A DNA stretch of 64,000 nucleotides from Naegleria gruberi (taxonomy: Eukaryota): assembly GCA_000004985.1 (NCBI GenBank), contig GG738899.1; one strand, 5' to 3'. The translations under genes and the position numbers were made by a program. Numbering within the stretch: the stretch's first letter is position 1; the number at the start of each line of letters is the position of its first letter. A model generated the notes under the pieces. That model was not told where the DNA came from and did no database searches. It saw only the letters and a program-made list of their open reading frames with translations. Positions 33,315 to 43,598 of the stretch are shown in pieces.

Positions 33315-34766
33315 ATGAGTGAACAACAACAAGAAACTACCACCATTCCTACAACCACTAGTACAACTGATGGTACTACTGTAGGATCTACAACAACTAC
33401 CATTTCATCATCGGAGTTGGTAAATGAACAAAATGACAAGAAGAGAAAGAATAAATTTAATAATAATAATAATAACAATAAGAAAAATAAGAAGCAAAAT
33501 AACAAACAACAAAATAGTAACAAGGAAAGAGATGATGAAGATGCAGATTTTGATGTGAGTGGAGAAGATTTAATGATTGAAGATGAATCTACATTGGTTC
33601 ATTCATCATTTCCATTTGTTATTTCCTTCTCTTATAATGGAATTCCTTTCAATGGATTACAAATTCAAAATGGAGAAAATTTAGTTAAACATCCACATTT
33701 ATTAACTATTGAAGCAGTTTTATTGGATATTCTTTATGGTTCTAATGGTGAATCAGATTTTGAACAAGATGAAACAATTATTAGATATACTAAATCTAAA
33801 AATTGTAAAGATATTAGATTACAAAGAGCTTGTAGAACTGATAGAGGAGTTTCTGCTGTTAGAAATGCATTTGCATGTGTAATGACATTACCAAATACTC
33901 AAAATCATAAGGATACATTTAAATTTAATAACGAAGAACTTTGTAAAACATTGAATGATAGAATTAATAATCATGTTAGAATTAAGAATCTCAATTTGAT
34001 GGATCAAATCAAAATTTTCAATATTCAAAGAGTTCCATCAAGATTTGTATTACACCATTGGTGTCAATTTAGAAGATATCTCTATGTTTTACCATTATCT
34101 GCTTTGGATTTATCATCAAGAAATATTATTACAAAATGTAACAATATTTTCAATTTAGAAACAAATGAACAAAAATGTCAAAAATTGAATGAACTACTTG
34201 GACATTTTGAAGGAATTCACTTATTCCACAATTTTACAGTAGATGCTAAACCAGGTTCAGACAGTTCTAGAAGACATGTTAAAACTTTGAAAATTATTGA
34301 ACAAAACTTAGAAGGAGACTTGCCTCATGTTGTTATTGAAATTAGTGGAAGAAGTTTCATGTTACATCAAATTAGAATGATGATTGGTACTGTTATTGCT
34401 CTCATGCGTGGTATGGCACCAAATATGAATACTACAGTACAAGATAATACTATTGTCAATGATTTTTTCGAAAATTTATTCAAAGCACAAACAGAAGTGT
34501 TATTACCAATGGCTCCAAGTGAAGGATTATTCTTGGACAATTTGGATTTCCCAAATTTCAATGCCAATATTGTTAAACCACCTTTTGAACCAATTAAATG
34601 GACTGGAACAGCAGATGAACATGCAGAAATCTTTAAAAAGGATGTAATTTTACCAAACATTCTCAAAGTTTTGAAAGAAAAGAATGTTGTCAGTAATTGG
34701 CTCATTGATATTCATTGTAATAAGGCAAAATACTTTGCCAAGCTCGCTAATAAAAAGAAAAGGTAA
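33315..34766 (+). CDS. tRNA pseudouridine synthase, TruA/Pus1-Pus3 family. True ATG at 33315 (MSEQQQ); the ORF-track start at 33297 is TTG.
   Basis: Catalytic motif ACRTDRGVSAV (RTDxGVHA-type, with the catalytic Asp) and FMLHQIRMMIG (FLxHQVRxMVG-type). The N-terminus is N/T-rich low complexity (NKFNNNNNNNKKNKKQNNKQQN). Confidence 0.75.
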   Translation: MSEQQQETTTIPTTTSTTDGTTVGSTTTTISSSELVNEQNDKKRKNKFNNNNNNNKKNKKQNNKQQNSNKERDDEDADFDVSGEDLMIEDESTLVHSSFPFVISFSYNGIPFNGLQIQNGENLVKHPHLLTIEAVLLDILYGSNGESDFEQDETIIRYTKSKNCKDIRLQRACRTDRGVSAVRNAFACVMTLPNTQNHKDTFKFNNEELCKTLNDRINNHVRIKNLNLMDQIKIFNIQRVPSRFVLHHWCQFRRYLYVLPLSALDLSSRNIITKCNNIFNLETNEQKCQKLNELLGHFEGIHLFHNFTVDAKPGSDSSRRHVKTLKIIEQNLEGDLPHVVIEISGRSFMLHQIRMMIGTVIALMRGMAPNMNTTVQDNTIVNDFFENLFKAQTEVLLPMAPSEGLFLDNLDFPNFNANIVKPPFEPIKWTGTADEHAEIFKKDVILPNILKVLKEKNVVSNWLIDIHCNKAKYFAKLANKKKR

Positions 34767-34870
34767 AACATTCAGTCAAAAAATTCCCGCCAATTTCGGA
34801 TACAACAAACTACAACAACAAGAAAAAAATACCTCAACACACAGCCTGCAATCTATAGTATCATCAAAAA

Positions 34871-36379
34871 ATGAGGAAAAAAACACAACAAAATCAATCA
34901 TTTCAAGTAGTCTATGAAAATGTTACAGAATTTGAAAAAGCCTTACTCACAAATCAAAATACACCTAACCATGTACTAGTTCTTGATGTACACGCAACAT
35001 GGTGCGGCAAGTGTAATTCAGTATTGTCTACCTTTGAAAAAATTAATATGGATTATGGAGATGACCATCAAATCATTTTTGGTGTGTTGGACTCACAAAA
35101 ATTGGTGACTGAGTTGAATGAAATTATGAAACCTGCTGTTCGTCTAGGAGTGACCATCATGAGTGCAAGAGGTTCATCTAAAAATCTATTAACGCTAGGA
35201 GAAGATGAAGTTCTCAATGATGAAGTTAAAGCAAAGAAATTGTATAAAGAGGATGTAAAAAGAAAAAATTATAAGGCTCTTTTGGAAACATTTGTAGGAT
35301 TATCGGAACCACATTTCCTAATTTTTAAGGAAGGAGAATTAATAAGAAAAATTAGAGGTGTAAATACACCAATGATCCATAAACTGATCGTCCAATTGCT
35401 TACTAATGAACCAGCAGAACATCCTGAGGAACCAAAGGTTGACAAAAATGCTGAGGTACAACTCGTAGTTGAACCAGAGAAGGAAGAAGTTAAACCAGTC
35501 GAGGAAGAAAAAAAGGAGGAAGTCATTGTAGAACAATCTGCAGAGGAACAAAAAACAGAAACAATAGCAACTGAGGAGACAGTAGTCGAGGAAGAAAAGA
35601 AAGAGGAAACAGTTGAGGAACAAAAGGCTGAAAGCTCAGTTGAAACTAAAACTGAAACAACTGTAGATGCTACTACTGTAACTGAAACTAAATCTGAAAC
35701 CACCACTGAGACAACAGAAACAGAAGAAAAAACAGAAGTTAAAGAAACGACAGAAATCCATGAAGAGGAAGCCAAGACTGCAACAGAATCTGTGTCTTTG
35801 GAAACTGTTGAACATTCAACTGATAATCATGAAATAACTACCGAGAAAACTTCTGAAGTGGAAGCACCTCCAAGACCAGTTGAGGATGTTGTTTTTGAGG
35901 AAAAACCTGTTGAAACAGTGGCTGTATCAGAAGAAGTGGAATCACATGGAGATATTTCTAATGAAGAGCAAGTTGAAACAAAAACTGAAGTCAAAACTGA
36001 ACAAGTCGAAACAAAAACTGAAACCAAGGTAGAAACTAAAACTGAAACAACTGTAGATACTACCACAGCAACAAATACAGAAACCACTACCACCACTACA
36101 ACTACAACTGAGGAAGTTAAACCTGAAGTGACTGGAAAGTACAAGGAAAAGTCTGGAAAGATTTGGGCTGTCACAACCTCCACCGCTTCAACATTTGAGT
36201 TATTAAATGAACAGGATGGAAGAAAGGCCACTGGTAAATATACTAAGGATTCCTCAGGAAATTATTCCATCACAATAACTTTCCATGATCCTAGTGGAGA
36301 TGTTGATTTGAACTCTGTAACACCAAACCTTAACACTATTCCACTCAGTAATGAAGATGCCTTCACAAAGGTAGAATAA
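34871..36379 (+). CDS. Thioredoxin-fold protein (WCGKC motif) with a long acidic E/K/T-rich repeat region (502 aa).
   Basis: VLVLDVHATWCGKCNSVLSTFEKI is a Trx-like CxxC active site (CGKC rather than CGPC). It is followed by a low-complexity acidic tract in which the module VETKTETTVD(A/T)TT occurs twice. Confidence 0.55.
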   Translation: MRKKTQQNQSFQVVYENVTEFEKALLTNQNTPNHVLVLDVHATWCGKCNSVLSTFEKINMDYGDDHQIIFGVLDSQKLVTELNEIMKPAVRLGVTIMSARGSSKNLLTLGEDEVLNDEVKAKKLYKEDVKRKNYKALLETFVGLSEPHFLIFKEGELIRKIRGVNTPMIHKLIVQLLTNEPAEHPEEPKVDKNAEVQLVVEPEKEEVKPVEEEKKEEVIVEQSAEEQKTETIATEETVVEEEKKEETVEEQKAESSVETKTETTVDATTVTETKSETTTETTETEEKTEVKETTEIHEEEAKTATESVSLETVEHSTDNHEITTEKTSEVEAPPRPVEDVVFEEKPVETVAVSEEVESHGDISNEEQVETKTEVKTEQVETKTETKVETKTETTVDTTTATNTETTTTTTTTTEEVKPEVTGKYKEKSGKIWAVTTSTASTFELLNEQDGRKATGKYTKDSSGNYSITITFHDPSGDVDLNSVTPNLNTIPLSNEDAFTKVE

Positions 36380-36444
36380 AGAAATGACGCTACAGTGACA
36401 ACTGACACTAAAACTACAGAAATTAAATAAATAATTGTAAATAT

Positions 36445-36895
36445 TTATCCAGATTTGAATAATAAAATTGCTAATCCATTCAGTGTAAAATAAATAAAAC
36501 ATTTAGCTTCGTAAGTTACCTTTAATTTTTAAATGTCACAAATTCACTCCAACTCAACTTACCATAGATCCGAAACTTTTTCCTACTATACAATGCCTTT
36601 TTCATATTTTAAATCCAAATGCTATTACTACTAATAAAACTTACCAGTATTTGCCTTTAAATAATTTTAATAACTTTCATGTATGAACAACACATTAAAA
36701 CCTACCATAAACTTCATCAAATTGTTTTTTAATAAATGTAGCAATATCCCTTTCCACAGAATATTTATCCATAGCTTGTTTGGTTACCGTTATTACTAGA
36801 TCCTTCATTTCATCAGTCATATCTATATTCTTTATATTCAGATTATCATCGGAAGTTGATTTGACAGCACCACTGCTACTAGCAATCGAAGACAT
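36445..36895 (-). CDS. DYNLL: Dynein light chain LC8 (DYNLL), 102 aa, 4 exons: 36706..36895, 36645..36654 (10-nt micro-exon), 36563..36596, 36445..36519.
   Basis: [102 protein letters not shown]. This matches human LC8 ([82 protein letters not shown]). The ATG is anchored to ORF 36695..37057. Confidence 0.7.
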
Positions 36896-36923
36896 TTTTT
36901 TCACAATAATTGAAAGTTTATTA

Positions 36924-39605
36924 TTATTGGTCTGACGAGGAAGCAACATTTGAAGAAACAAAAATAATCTTTTCGATTGTGGTAAAGAGTTCAACCAATT
37001 CTTTTTCTTTGGAGAGTGACATTCCACTTTCTTCATCATTCTTCTTCTTTTTAGCAACTAAACATTCAACAACTAATTGTTGACATTTTGTTAAAGTTGG
37101 AATAATCAAATCTTGATAAGCTGATCCTAATTGACCTTTCGAATATTCTTCCATAATAGAAGGTTCTTCAAGATAGGATAAAACAGGTGAAACTAACTTT
37201 CCAGGAATGAATAAAAGAATTGGCTTATCTCCCATCATTAATAAATATTGACAAATTGAAATCAATCTTGTACCATAAATAATAGCTCCAGAAGATAAAC
37301 TATCATCACTCAATTTAGCCAAATGTTCAACATGATTAATCTTCAATTCTTGTTTTCTTTCTTTCAAATAAGTTTTTTCTCTCTTTTTATCTAAAATCTT
37401 AATAAAAACGCTAAATTGTTTTGCAGTAAATTCAAATTGACTAATAAATGATTGCAATGTAGTATTATTAGCATTCAAACTTTCAACAAGAGTATTTAAT
37501 TCCTTAACTTCCTCCTCTCTTGTCTTATCAAGTTCAACCTTCTGATTAAGTTGTTTCATTAATAATTTAATTTCTCTATTTAATTCAACAAATTGAGTTT
37601 GTTGTTCTTCACTTGCCATTGATAATAAAGTATTATATTCTCTAATGAAATGTAAATTCTTTTCATTAATGTTAATACTTGTAGTATCAACAGGTTTCTT
37701 ACTACTTGATTGTTTACCAGATTGTTGTGTTGGAGTTGATCTTAATAAATTTTTACAAGTATCATAAACCATTAAATAAACAATCATTGTACATTTAGTT
37801 TTGATAATATGTTTTTCAACTGGAACAATAAATTCCTTTTCAATACTTTCTTTACGTTGTCTATGTAAAATTTCAATAGATTTGTTATGTATAACAATTT
37901 GTGTATATAATTCATTGAGTTTTTCTTCAACATTAAGTTCACTGCTCAATTTTTGTTCCAATTTCATAGTTTGTTGATTAACTATTTGTTCCTTGGTTTC
38001 TAAATATAATTTTTCAAGTTTAGGAATGAAATAATTTACAATAGATTCAATAATAGAATCATCTGATCCACCAAACTTGTTAATCATATTTTCATTTTCT
38101 TTATCATTATCTAAATATACAAGTAATTGTTTTTCAATGTGTGAATAAATATCATCCTTCTTTGGTAGTAATTTCTTAATTTGATCATTTTCATTAGAAA
38201 CTGGTGTTGATGATTTGGTTGATTTACTCTTTTGCTTCTTATTCTTATCATTTGAAGGTTGGGAAGGAGGAGGTGTACTAGTTGTTGATGGATTACTCTT
38301 TAAATAAATTTCAATAGCTTGAATAGCAATAGATTTGAATTGATCATTTAAGATTTGATCAATCATTTCAACAGTCATAATATATCTATTATCAAAAACA
38401 ATAATATCCTTGATATTCTTACTAAGAGTAATATACTTATCAACTAATTGTTTCATTTCACATGAAGTATCAATAAGAACACAATGATCACCACCATTAT
38501 TTTCAATATGTAATGGAATTGATTTGTGTTTATCATTATTACCATTAATAGTAGTATCGAATATATTTTTAAAAGATTCAATCATTTTCATGTGAATAAT
38601 AATTTCATCTTCAATATTAATAAGATCATGTTCTTTCATTTCTCCATAACCTGTTAAATAGTTAATAATTTGTTGTGTATTTTTAAATGCTTTATATCCT
38701 AACATTGATTCAACTCTTTCAACAGAAACATAACCATTACTATGAATAAATTTACAAACTTGATCAGTTGCCATCTTTTCATAAATATTTGGAACATATA
38801 AAGTACTATTAACTTGTAAAGTACCATTAATTTGTTTGTTCTTTATCAAATCTTTAACAATATTTTGATAAAGTTCTAATTCAATTTCAATATCATCAGC
38901 ATATTCATTACCATTACTTTCATTCATTAAATAAAACTTTTTAGTTACTTTTAATAAATCATTACATTCCATAGATCTACTAGTAATACTATTACAAATA
39001 CCAATTGTAATAGATTTTAAATTATTAATATATTTCTCTGTATATAAAGAGTTATTACTAAATATTGTTCCATTTAATAATAAGTGCATATATTTTGTAA
39101 TGATATGTTCTTTAATAAAATCAGAAGGTAAAAACAATTGTTTTGTTAATGTTCCGATATAAATATAACCTGATAATTTGAGTAATTCATTAATTTCCAT
39201 AACAACTGATTCAAGATAGGAAGGTGTCAAAATTTCGCATCCATTAATCAAGTCAGGAAGAACAATTTGTTTTTGTATTAAATTATGAATAGGTTGTTCT
39301 AAATAGGTAAAATCGACTCGTAATAATTTTGGTAATTCATTCTTATTAATTCTTCCTCCATATTTTTCTAATAGAATTTGTAATTCATATTCAATTTGAT
39401 CTCTAGTAATATATTCTTTACCATCAGATGTAAAACATAATTGTTCAGCAAAATTAGGATCTTGCTTTTTAATATATTGGATCAATTCAATAATGTTATG
39501 TTCATTCAATTTGTAAGATCCACCCGAAAGTGATTCTTGTTGTACTTGTTCAAATTGCTGTTGCAATTGTTCAATAGATAATTCCATTAAATCTATATCA
39601 GCCAT
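36924..39605 (-). CDS. UFL1: E3 UFM1-protein ligase 1 (UFL1) homologue, 893 aa, single exon.
   Basis: The N-terminus ...CFTSDGKEYITRDQIEYELQILLEKYGGRINKNELPKLLRVDFTYLEQPIHNLI matches human UFL1 (...[53 protein letters not shown]). Length and overall organisation are the same. Confidence 0.8.
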   Translation of the reverse strand: MADIDLMELSIEQLQQQFEQVQQESLSGGSYKLNEHNIIELIQYIKKQDPNFAEQLCFTSDGKEYITRDQIEYELQILLEKYGGRINKNELPKLLRVDFTYLEQPIHNLIQKQIVLPDLINGCEILTPSYLESVVMEINELLKLSGYIYIGTLTKQLFLPSDFIKEHIITKYMHLLLNGTIFSNNSLYTEKYINNLKSITIGICNSITSRSMECNDLLKVTKKFYLMNESNGNEYADDIEIELELYQNIVKDLIKNKQINGTLQVNSTLYVPNIYEKMATDQVCKFIHSNGYVSVERVESMLGYKAFKNTQQIINYLTGYGEMKEHDLINIEDEIIIHMKMIESFKNIFDTTINGNNDKHKSIPLHIENNGGDHCVLIDTSCEMKQLVDKYITLSKNIKDIIVFDNRYIMTVEMIDQILNDQFKSIAIQAIEIYLKSNPSTTSTPPPSQPSNDKNKKQKSKSTKSSTPVSNENDQIKKLLPKKDDIYSHIEKQLLVYLDNDKENENMINKFGGSDDSIIESIVNYFIPKLEKLYLETKEQIVNQQTMKLEQKLSSELNVEEKLNELYTQIVIHNKSIEILHRQRKESIEKEFIVPVEKHIIKTKCTMIVYLMVYDTCKNLLRSTPTQQSGKQSSSKKPVDTTSININEKNLHFIREYNTLLSMASEEQQTQFVELNREIKLLMKQLNQKVELDKTREEEVKELNTLVESLNANNTTLQSFISQFEFTAKQFSVFIKILDKKREKTYLKERKQELKINHVEHLAKLSDDSLSSGAIIYGTRLISICQYLLMMGDKPILLFIPGKLVSPVLSYLEEPSIMEEYSKGQLGSAYQDLIIPTLTKCQQLVVECLVAKKKKNDEESGMSLSKEKELVELFTTIEKIIFVSSNVASSSDQ

Positions 39606-39724
39606 TTTGTCTATCTATTATATTGTTCGATGAAGATGAAGAGAATTGATGATGATGCAGAACACTCAAGGCTTGTTCTTTGATCCTTAAGACAACAATT
39701 TGATTTTTTTAAAATGAATAAAAA

Positions 39725-40837
39725 ATGAATTTTTCATTGTCCAACAAGCCTAAAATTTCCATGTCGATTGGTGTCAACAAGGCTTCCAACAACACCTCAT
39801 CAACAACTGCTACATCATCATCAACAATAGGTAAATCTGGGAATGCCATCAAACAGCAGGGTTCCACAAATACATCATCCACAGTGAGTACTAAATCAAC
39901 AACTTCCAAATCATCATTGTTTGAAGAGGATGAGGAACAAATTGTCGATACCAAATCTAACAACAATAATCAAAAGAAAGGACAACAACACTCTTCTCAT
40001 GCCCACTTTTATGCTAAACTTCAACAGGAAAAGAATAATGATAAGAAGCCATCCATGAATATAGATGTGTCAAGTTGGGGAAGGGATGAGGAAGATGAAT
40101 CGGAACAAACAAACATGATTGAAAGTGGTTTCTCCAACATTAGAAATGTTGTTTCATCACAATCTAATAATTATCCTCTCAACAAGTCAACATCAAATCA
40201 GAATGAAGTAACAGTAGAAGGAGAATCTAAAAAACCAGAAGGCTCCAAATATATTGCTCATTTAGTTAAAGTGGCTGAGGATAGAAAGAAGGAAAAGGAA
40301 TTAGCACAAATGAGAAGAGTACAAAAACAAGCAGAGGCTAACAGTGCCACTACTTCCGAAACTCAAGTATTTGTTACAGAAGAATATAAACAATATTTAA
40401 AGGAACAAGAAAGATGGACCGAACAAAAGGAAAAACAATTACAAGATGAAATTAACAATGATGTAACAAAGAAGGGAATGGGAAACTTTTATAAGAATTT
40501 ATTATCAACACCCAATTCTTCTAATGCAAGTATTAACATGACTCCTGATAGTAATAATCAACAACAACAACAATCAAATGTTATTAATAAGCCTTATGTT
40601 TCAAAGGTTGATGAAAAGAAAGCCTTGGAGGAAACAATTAATAGAAATGATGAACAAGAATTATCATCAGAAAAGAAGAGAAAGAGACAAGATGAGGATA
40701 TTTCAACAACAGCAACAAATAAGGAAGATTTGATCATTGCACCAATTTCAACCAATATCAATAAGGATGAGGCTAAATTGAGTGCTAGAGAAAGATATCT
40801 CAGAAGAAAGGCAGAAAAAGAGAAATCAATTGAATAA
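39725..40837 (+). CDS. Nuclear speckle splicing regulatory protein 1 (NSRP1/CCDC55, DUF2040)-like coiled-coil protein, 370 aa.
   Basis: S/T/N-rich N-terminus. Central charged coiled coil with KKGMGNFYKNLL (NSRP1-type G..NFY.NLL) and a C-terminal ERYLRRKAEKEK. Confidence 0.4.
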   Translation: MNFSLSNKPKISMSIGVNKASNNTSSTTATSSSTIGKSGNAIKQQGSTNTSSTVSTKSTTSKSSLFEEDEEQIVDTKSNNNNQKKGQQHSSHAHFYAKLQQEKNNDKKPSMNIDVSSWGRDEEDESEQTNMIESGFSNIRNVVSSQSNNYPLNKSTSNQNEVTVEGESKKPEGSKYIAHLVKVAEDRKKEKELAQMRRVQKQAEANSATTSETQVFVTEEYKQYLKEQERWTEQKEKQLQDEINNDVTKKGMGNFYKNLLSTPNSSNASINMTPDSNNQQQQQSNVINKPYVSKVDEKKALEETINRNDEQELSSEKKRKRQDEDISTTATNKEDLIIAPISTNINKDEAKLSARERYLRRKAEKEKSIE

Positions 40838-41002
40838 CAAATATTGGAATCCTTGTAAAGATAGAAGATACGTTTCGAATGAAATTTCCTTAATTCAAAG
40901 ATCAGATTAAGCAACCTTTTTGGTACTATAGCTGTAGGAGGTGTGGATTTACGGATTCCAATGTGAGGTTGGAGAAAATGGTCAAAATATTGGAATTTCC
41001 AG

Positions 41003-41022
41003 GTTCATATTCGAATATGAAC
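41003..41022. promoter_or_regulatory. 20-bp perfect palindrome GTTCATATTCGAATATGAAC about 130 bp upstream of the F-box gene ATG, inside a dyad-rich block (40990..41100).
   Basis: Self-complementary 20-mer. Flanked by the inverted pair TGCAACTTCAAATTGG / CAATTTGAAGTGCA. Confidence 0.4.
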
Positions 41023-41149
41023 GCAATGCAACTTCAAATTGGCATATGAAGCCAATATAAACTCATTCAATTTGAAGTGCAACTCTCAATTTGAAACTAT
41101 TCATCCCACCCATTGAAACGAAAGAGTGCGCACCAATTCAAACAAAAAA

Positions 41150-42655
41150 ATGTTACCACAACAAGAAAGCCTTCATGAACAAGAAGAGGTTAATTCAAAT
41201 AGTATTATGGAAGATGCTATTGTTGAAGCCTTTGAGAATGATGATGATTATATAACTGATCCAACAGTTAATATTGATAATTTTGATACATTATCTTTAT
41301 CATCACTTTCATCATTGGTGATCGGAAGTAATAAATCACATCATGATTCAATGACAGGATCTTCATCTCTATTAGAAGAACATCACGAATTATTACTCAA
41401 TTCATCTCGTAATATTATTGCTAATTCATTCAATGAACTTCCGAATGAAATACTTGTACACATCTTAATTTACTTGAATGGTGCTCAAATTATTAAATTA
41501 GAATGTTTATCAAAGAGATTTTATCAATTAATTCATCATGAAGATGAATCAGAACGTAATTATAATAAAAAGATTAGAAGAGGAAGAATACCTTCAAAGG
41601 AAAAGAGAAAACATCAAAGAAGATTGTCAATTAATTTGGCAAATATGATTGCAAGCTCTGGTTTAGATTTGAATTCAATCACTTCTGGTTATGAATTTTG
41701 GATGTTTTTAAATGAAGTACACTTTAGAGTATGTATTTACAATATTTCACATTTACAAATACTTTTATACAACTATAATATATTATTCAATATCTTTTAC
41801 AAATAATACTAATACAAATAATAATATAAATAGGATGAAACTCAAAAACGTAGAAGAGATTATTCTTCAGCAATTCAACCTAGAATTTTCTACATGTATC
41901 AATTAAGAGTTCAATGGTTAAATGAAAAGTATAATTTAGAAAAAGCCATCAGATCACTTGAAGATGAAATTACATCTCATTCCTATTTTAATGAGGTTTG
42001 CATATTTTCACCACATTTACTCTATCTTCAATATTTATTATTTTTATTAGATAGAGATTATGCTGCTATGGATTTGAGATTTCATGCATTCAATGAATTG
42101 AATTTAAATATTGATACTCATGTTAAACCACTTATTAATCATATTTTACATTCAATTTATGATAATAGTGATTCCAAATTATCAATGGTTGCTATTGTCA
42201 ATTTGGCATCACCTGATATTATTAAGAGACCAATTACTAGCAGTTCAGTACATGGAATTACACAAGAATCTCAAGCTCAACAATTACTTGAAGAAGCTTA
42301 TGCTCATGATTTTAAAGATAGACAAGATGTTGGTATGATTAAATTCATTCATGAAATGCATTTCAATAATCCAATTACAACCTCAACTTCAATGAGTAAT
42401 AGAACATTGAGTAAGGTTGATAATGAAAAAGTTCAATCATCACTCAATACAATCTATGCTAAATGGTTTAAGAAATGGGGTGAAATTATCAAAACAAAAC
42501 CTGAATATTCCTCACTCAATTATTACAATACTAGACAAATTGAAACCATTCAAATCAAGTCAGGATTTACCTATGATAATTTATTGAGATGTGCAAATGG
42601 TTGGTTAAAGAGAGAATATGTTTATGCAAGACTTTTAAAGAAGGAATTACAATAA
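41150..42655 (+). CDS. F-box domain protein. Exon 1 41150..41728, intron 41729..41833 (GTATGT...AATAG), exon 2 41834..42655.
   Basis: F-box: LPNEILVHILIYLNGAQIIKLECLSKRFYQLI. The splice joins ...FWMFLNEVHFR|DETQKRRRDYSSAIQPRIFYMYQLRV..., bridging ORFs 41126..41806 and 41894..42655 in phase. The true ATG is MLPQQE at 41150. Confidence 0.6.
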
Positions 42656-42743
42656 TCTTTTTTATATATAAATTTAAATATTATCATATTATATCACATA
42701 CTATATTTTGTAAATAGATCTTTACTCAGCATCCGGATCAAAA

Positions 42744-42965
42744 TTATTTAACTTTTCTATACTTGTATTCCAATTCCTTATATATTTCCATATATTTATC
42801 ATCCTTAATATATGTATCCATAAAATCTCTATACATTCTCTTCACATCATAATGAGCAGAAAGATAAAATCCAGAAACGACACCTATCACAAAGTACATG
42901 TTTTTTTTAATTTGAGTTTTCCTTACAAGACTGCCAGGAGAATTGTTTTCCTTCACGATGTTCAT
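42744..42965 (-). CDS. Hypothetical 73-aa single-TM protein (possibly a small mitochondrial or ER membrane subunit).
   Basis: ATG ORF. Central TM with GxxxG (YFVIGVVSGFYLSAHY) and a charged C-terminal tail. It sits only ~36 nt downstream of the SPCS1 stop on the same strand. Confidence 0.35.
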   Translation of the reverse strand: MNIVKENNSPGSLVRKTQIKKNMYFVIGVVSGFYLSAHYDVKRMYRDFMDTYIKDDKYMEIYKELEYKYRKVK

Positions 42966-43001
42966 TAAAGGAACTTTTGATTACATTGGATATATTGGTC
43001 T

Positions 43002-43402
43002 TTATTTTGATTTCTTATCATTATTATTAGTATCTAATTCATCACTAATTGGAATATCACTTCTCCATTTAACAGCAGCTCTTTTATAGAATGGCCAAGG
43101 TGGAACAACAAATATCAAGGCTAAAACTATTCCTAACAGGAAAATTCCTAATGTAAATGAAAACCTTTCAAAATAAAATCCAACAATAAATCCTATTATC
43201 TATTTAAACGTAATTATTAATATTATTCAATTATTCGTGATGATCAATTTTGGTTCCGATGATGAATAAAATAATGATGATTTATAAATTGATTAATACA
43301 TCTATAATAATATATATATTGAAACATTACTGATGATGAAATTAATAAATATCTGTACACTGATTCGGCAAGACTTTGTCCTCTAAAATCGATTGAAGTC
43401 AT
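43002..43402 (-). CDS. SPCS1: Signal peptidase complex subunit 1 (SPCS1/Spc12), 2 exons: ~43360..43402 and ~43005..43200, with a ~160-bp intron; coordinates ±1-2 nt.
   Basis: MTSIDFRGQSLAES|IIGFIVGFYFERFSFTLGIFLLGIVLALIFVVPPWPFYKRAAVKWRSD... matches SPCS1 (DYKGQKLAEQ...GFIYGY...LTLPPWPIYRRHPLKW). The donor is GTGTAC, which is non-consensus. Confidence 0.55.
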
Positions 43403-43547
43403 TTTTTATTATTTGAATTTTATTATTACTACTTGGTTGACGACGTATTTTGTTTATCATCATACACGTGTTTTTATTTCGAAAATAATGACAATAGGTT
43501 TTATTACACTCTTACAACATTGATGATTTATTAGAAAAGCCTAATTG

Positions 43548-43598
43548 NNNNNNNNNNNNNNNNNNNNNNNNNNNNNNNNNNNNNNNNNNNNNNNNNNN
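43548..43598. other. Assembly gap (51 N).
   Basis: Run of n. Confidence 0.99.

Noticed and set aside
35269-36231. Antisense ORFs (168 and 134 aa, S/V/T-rich) opposite the thioredoxin-fold gene, and ORF 35339..35623.
   Set aside because: They mirror the low-complexity acidic repeat on the other strand, which is typical of GAA/ACA-rich repeats.
36695-37057. Upstream extension of the LC8 ORF (MLKRRRMMKKVECHSPKKK...) overlapping the UFL1 3' end.
   Set aside because: It starts at a non-ATG codon and overlaps the UFL1 coding frame. The conserved LC8 sequence begins at ATG 36895.
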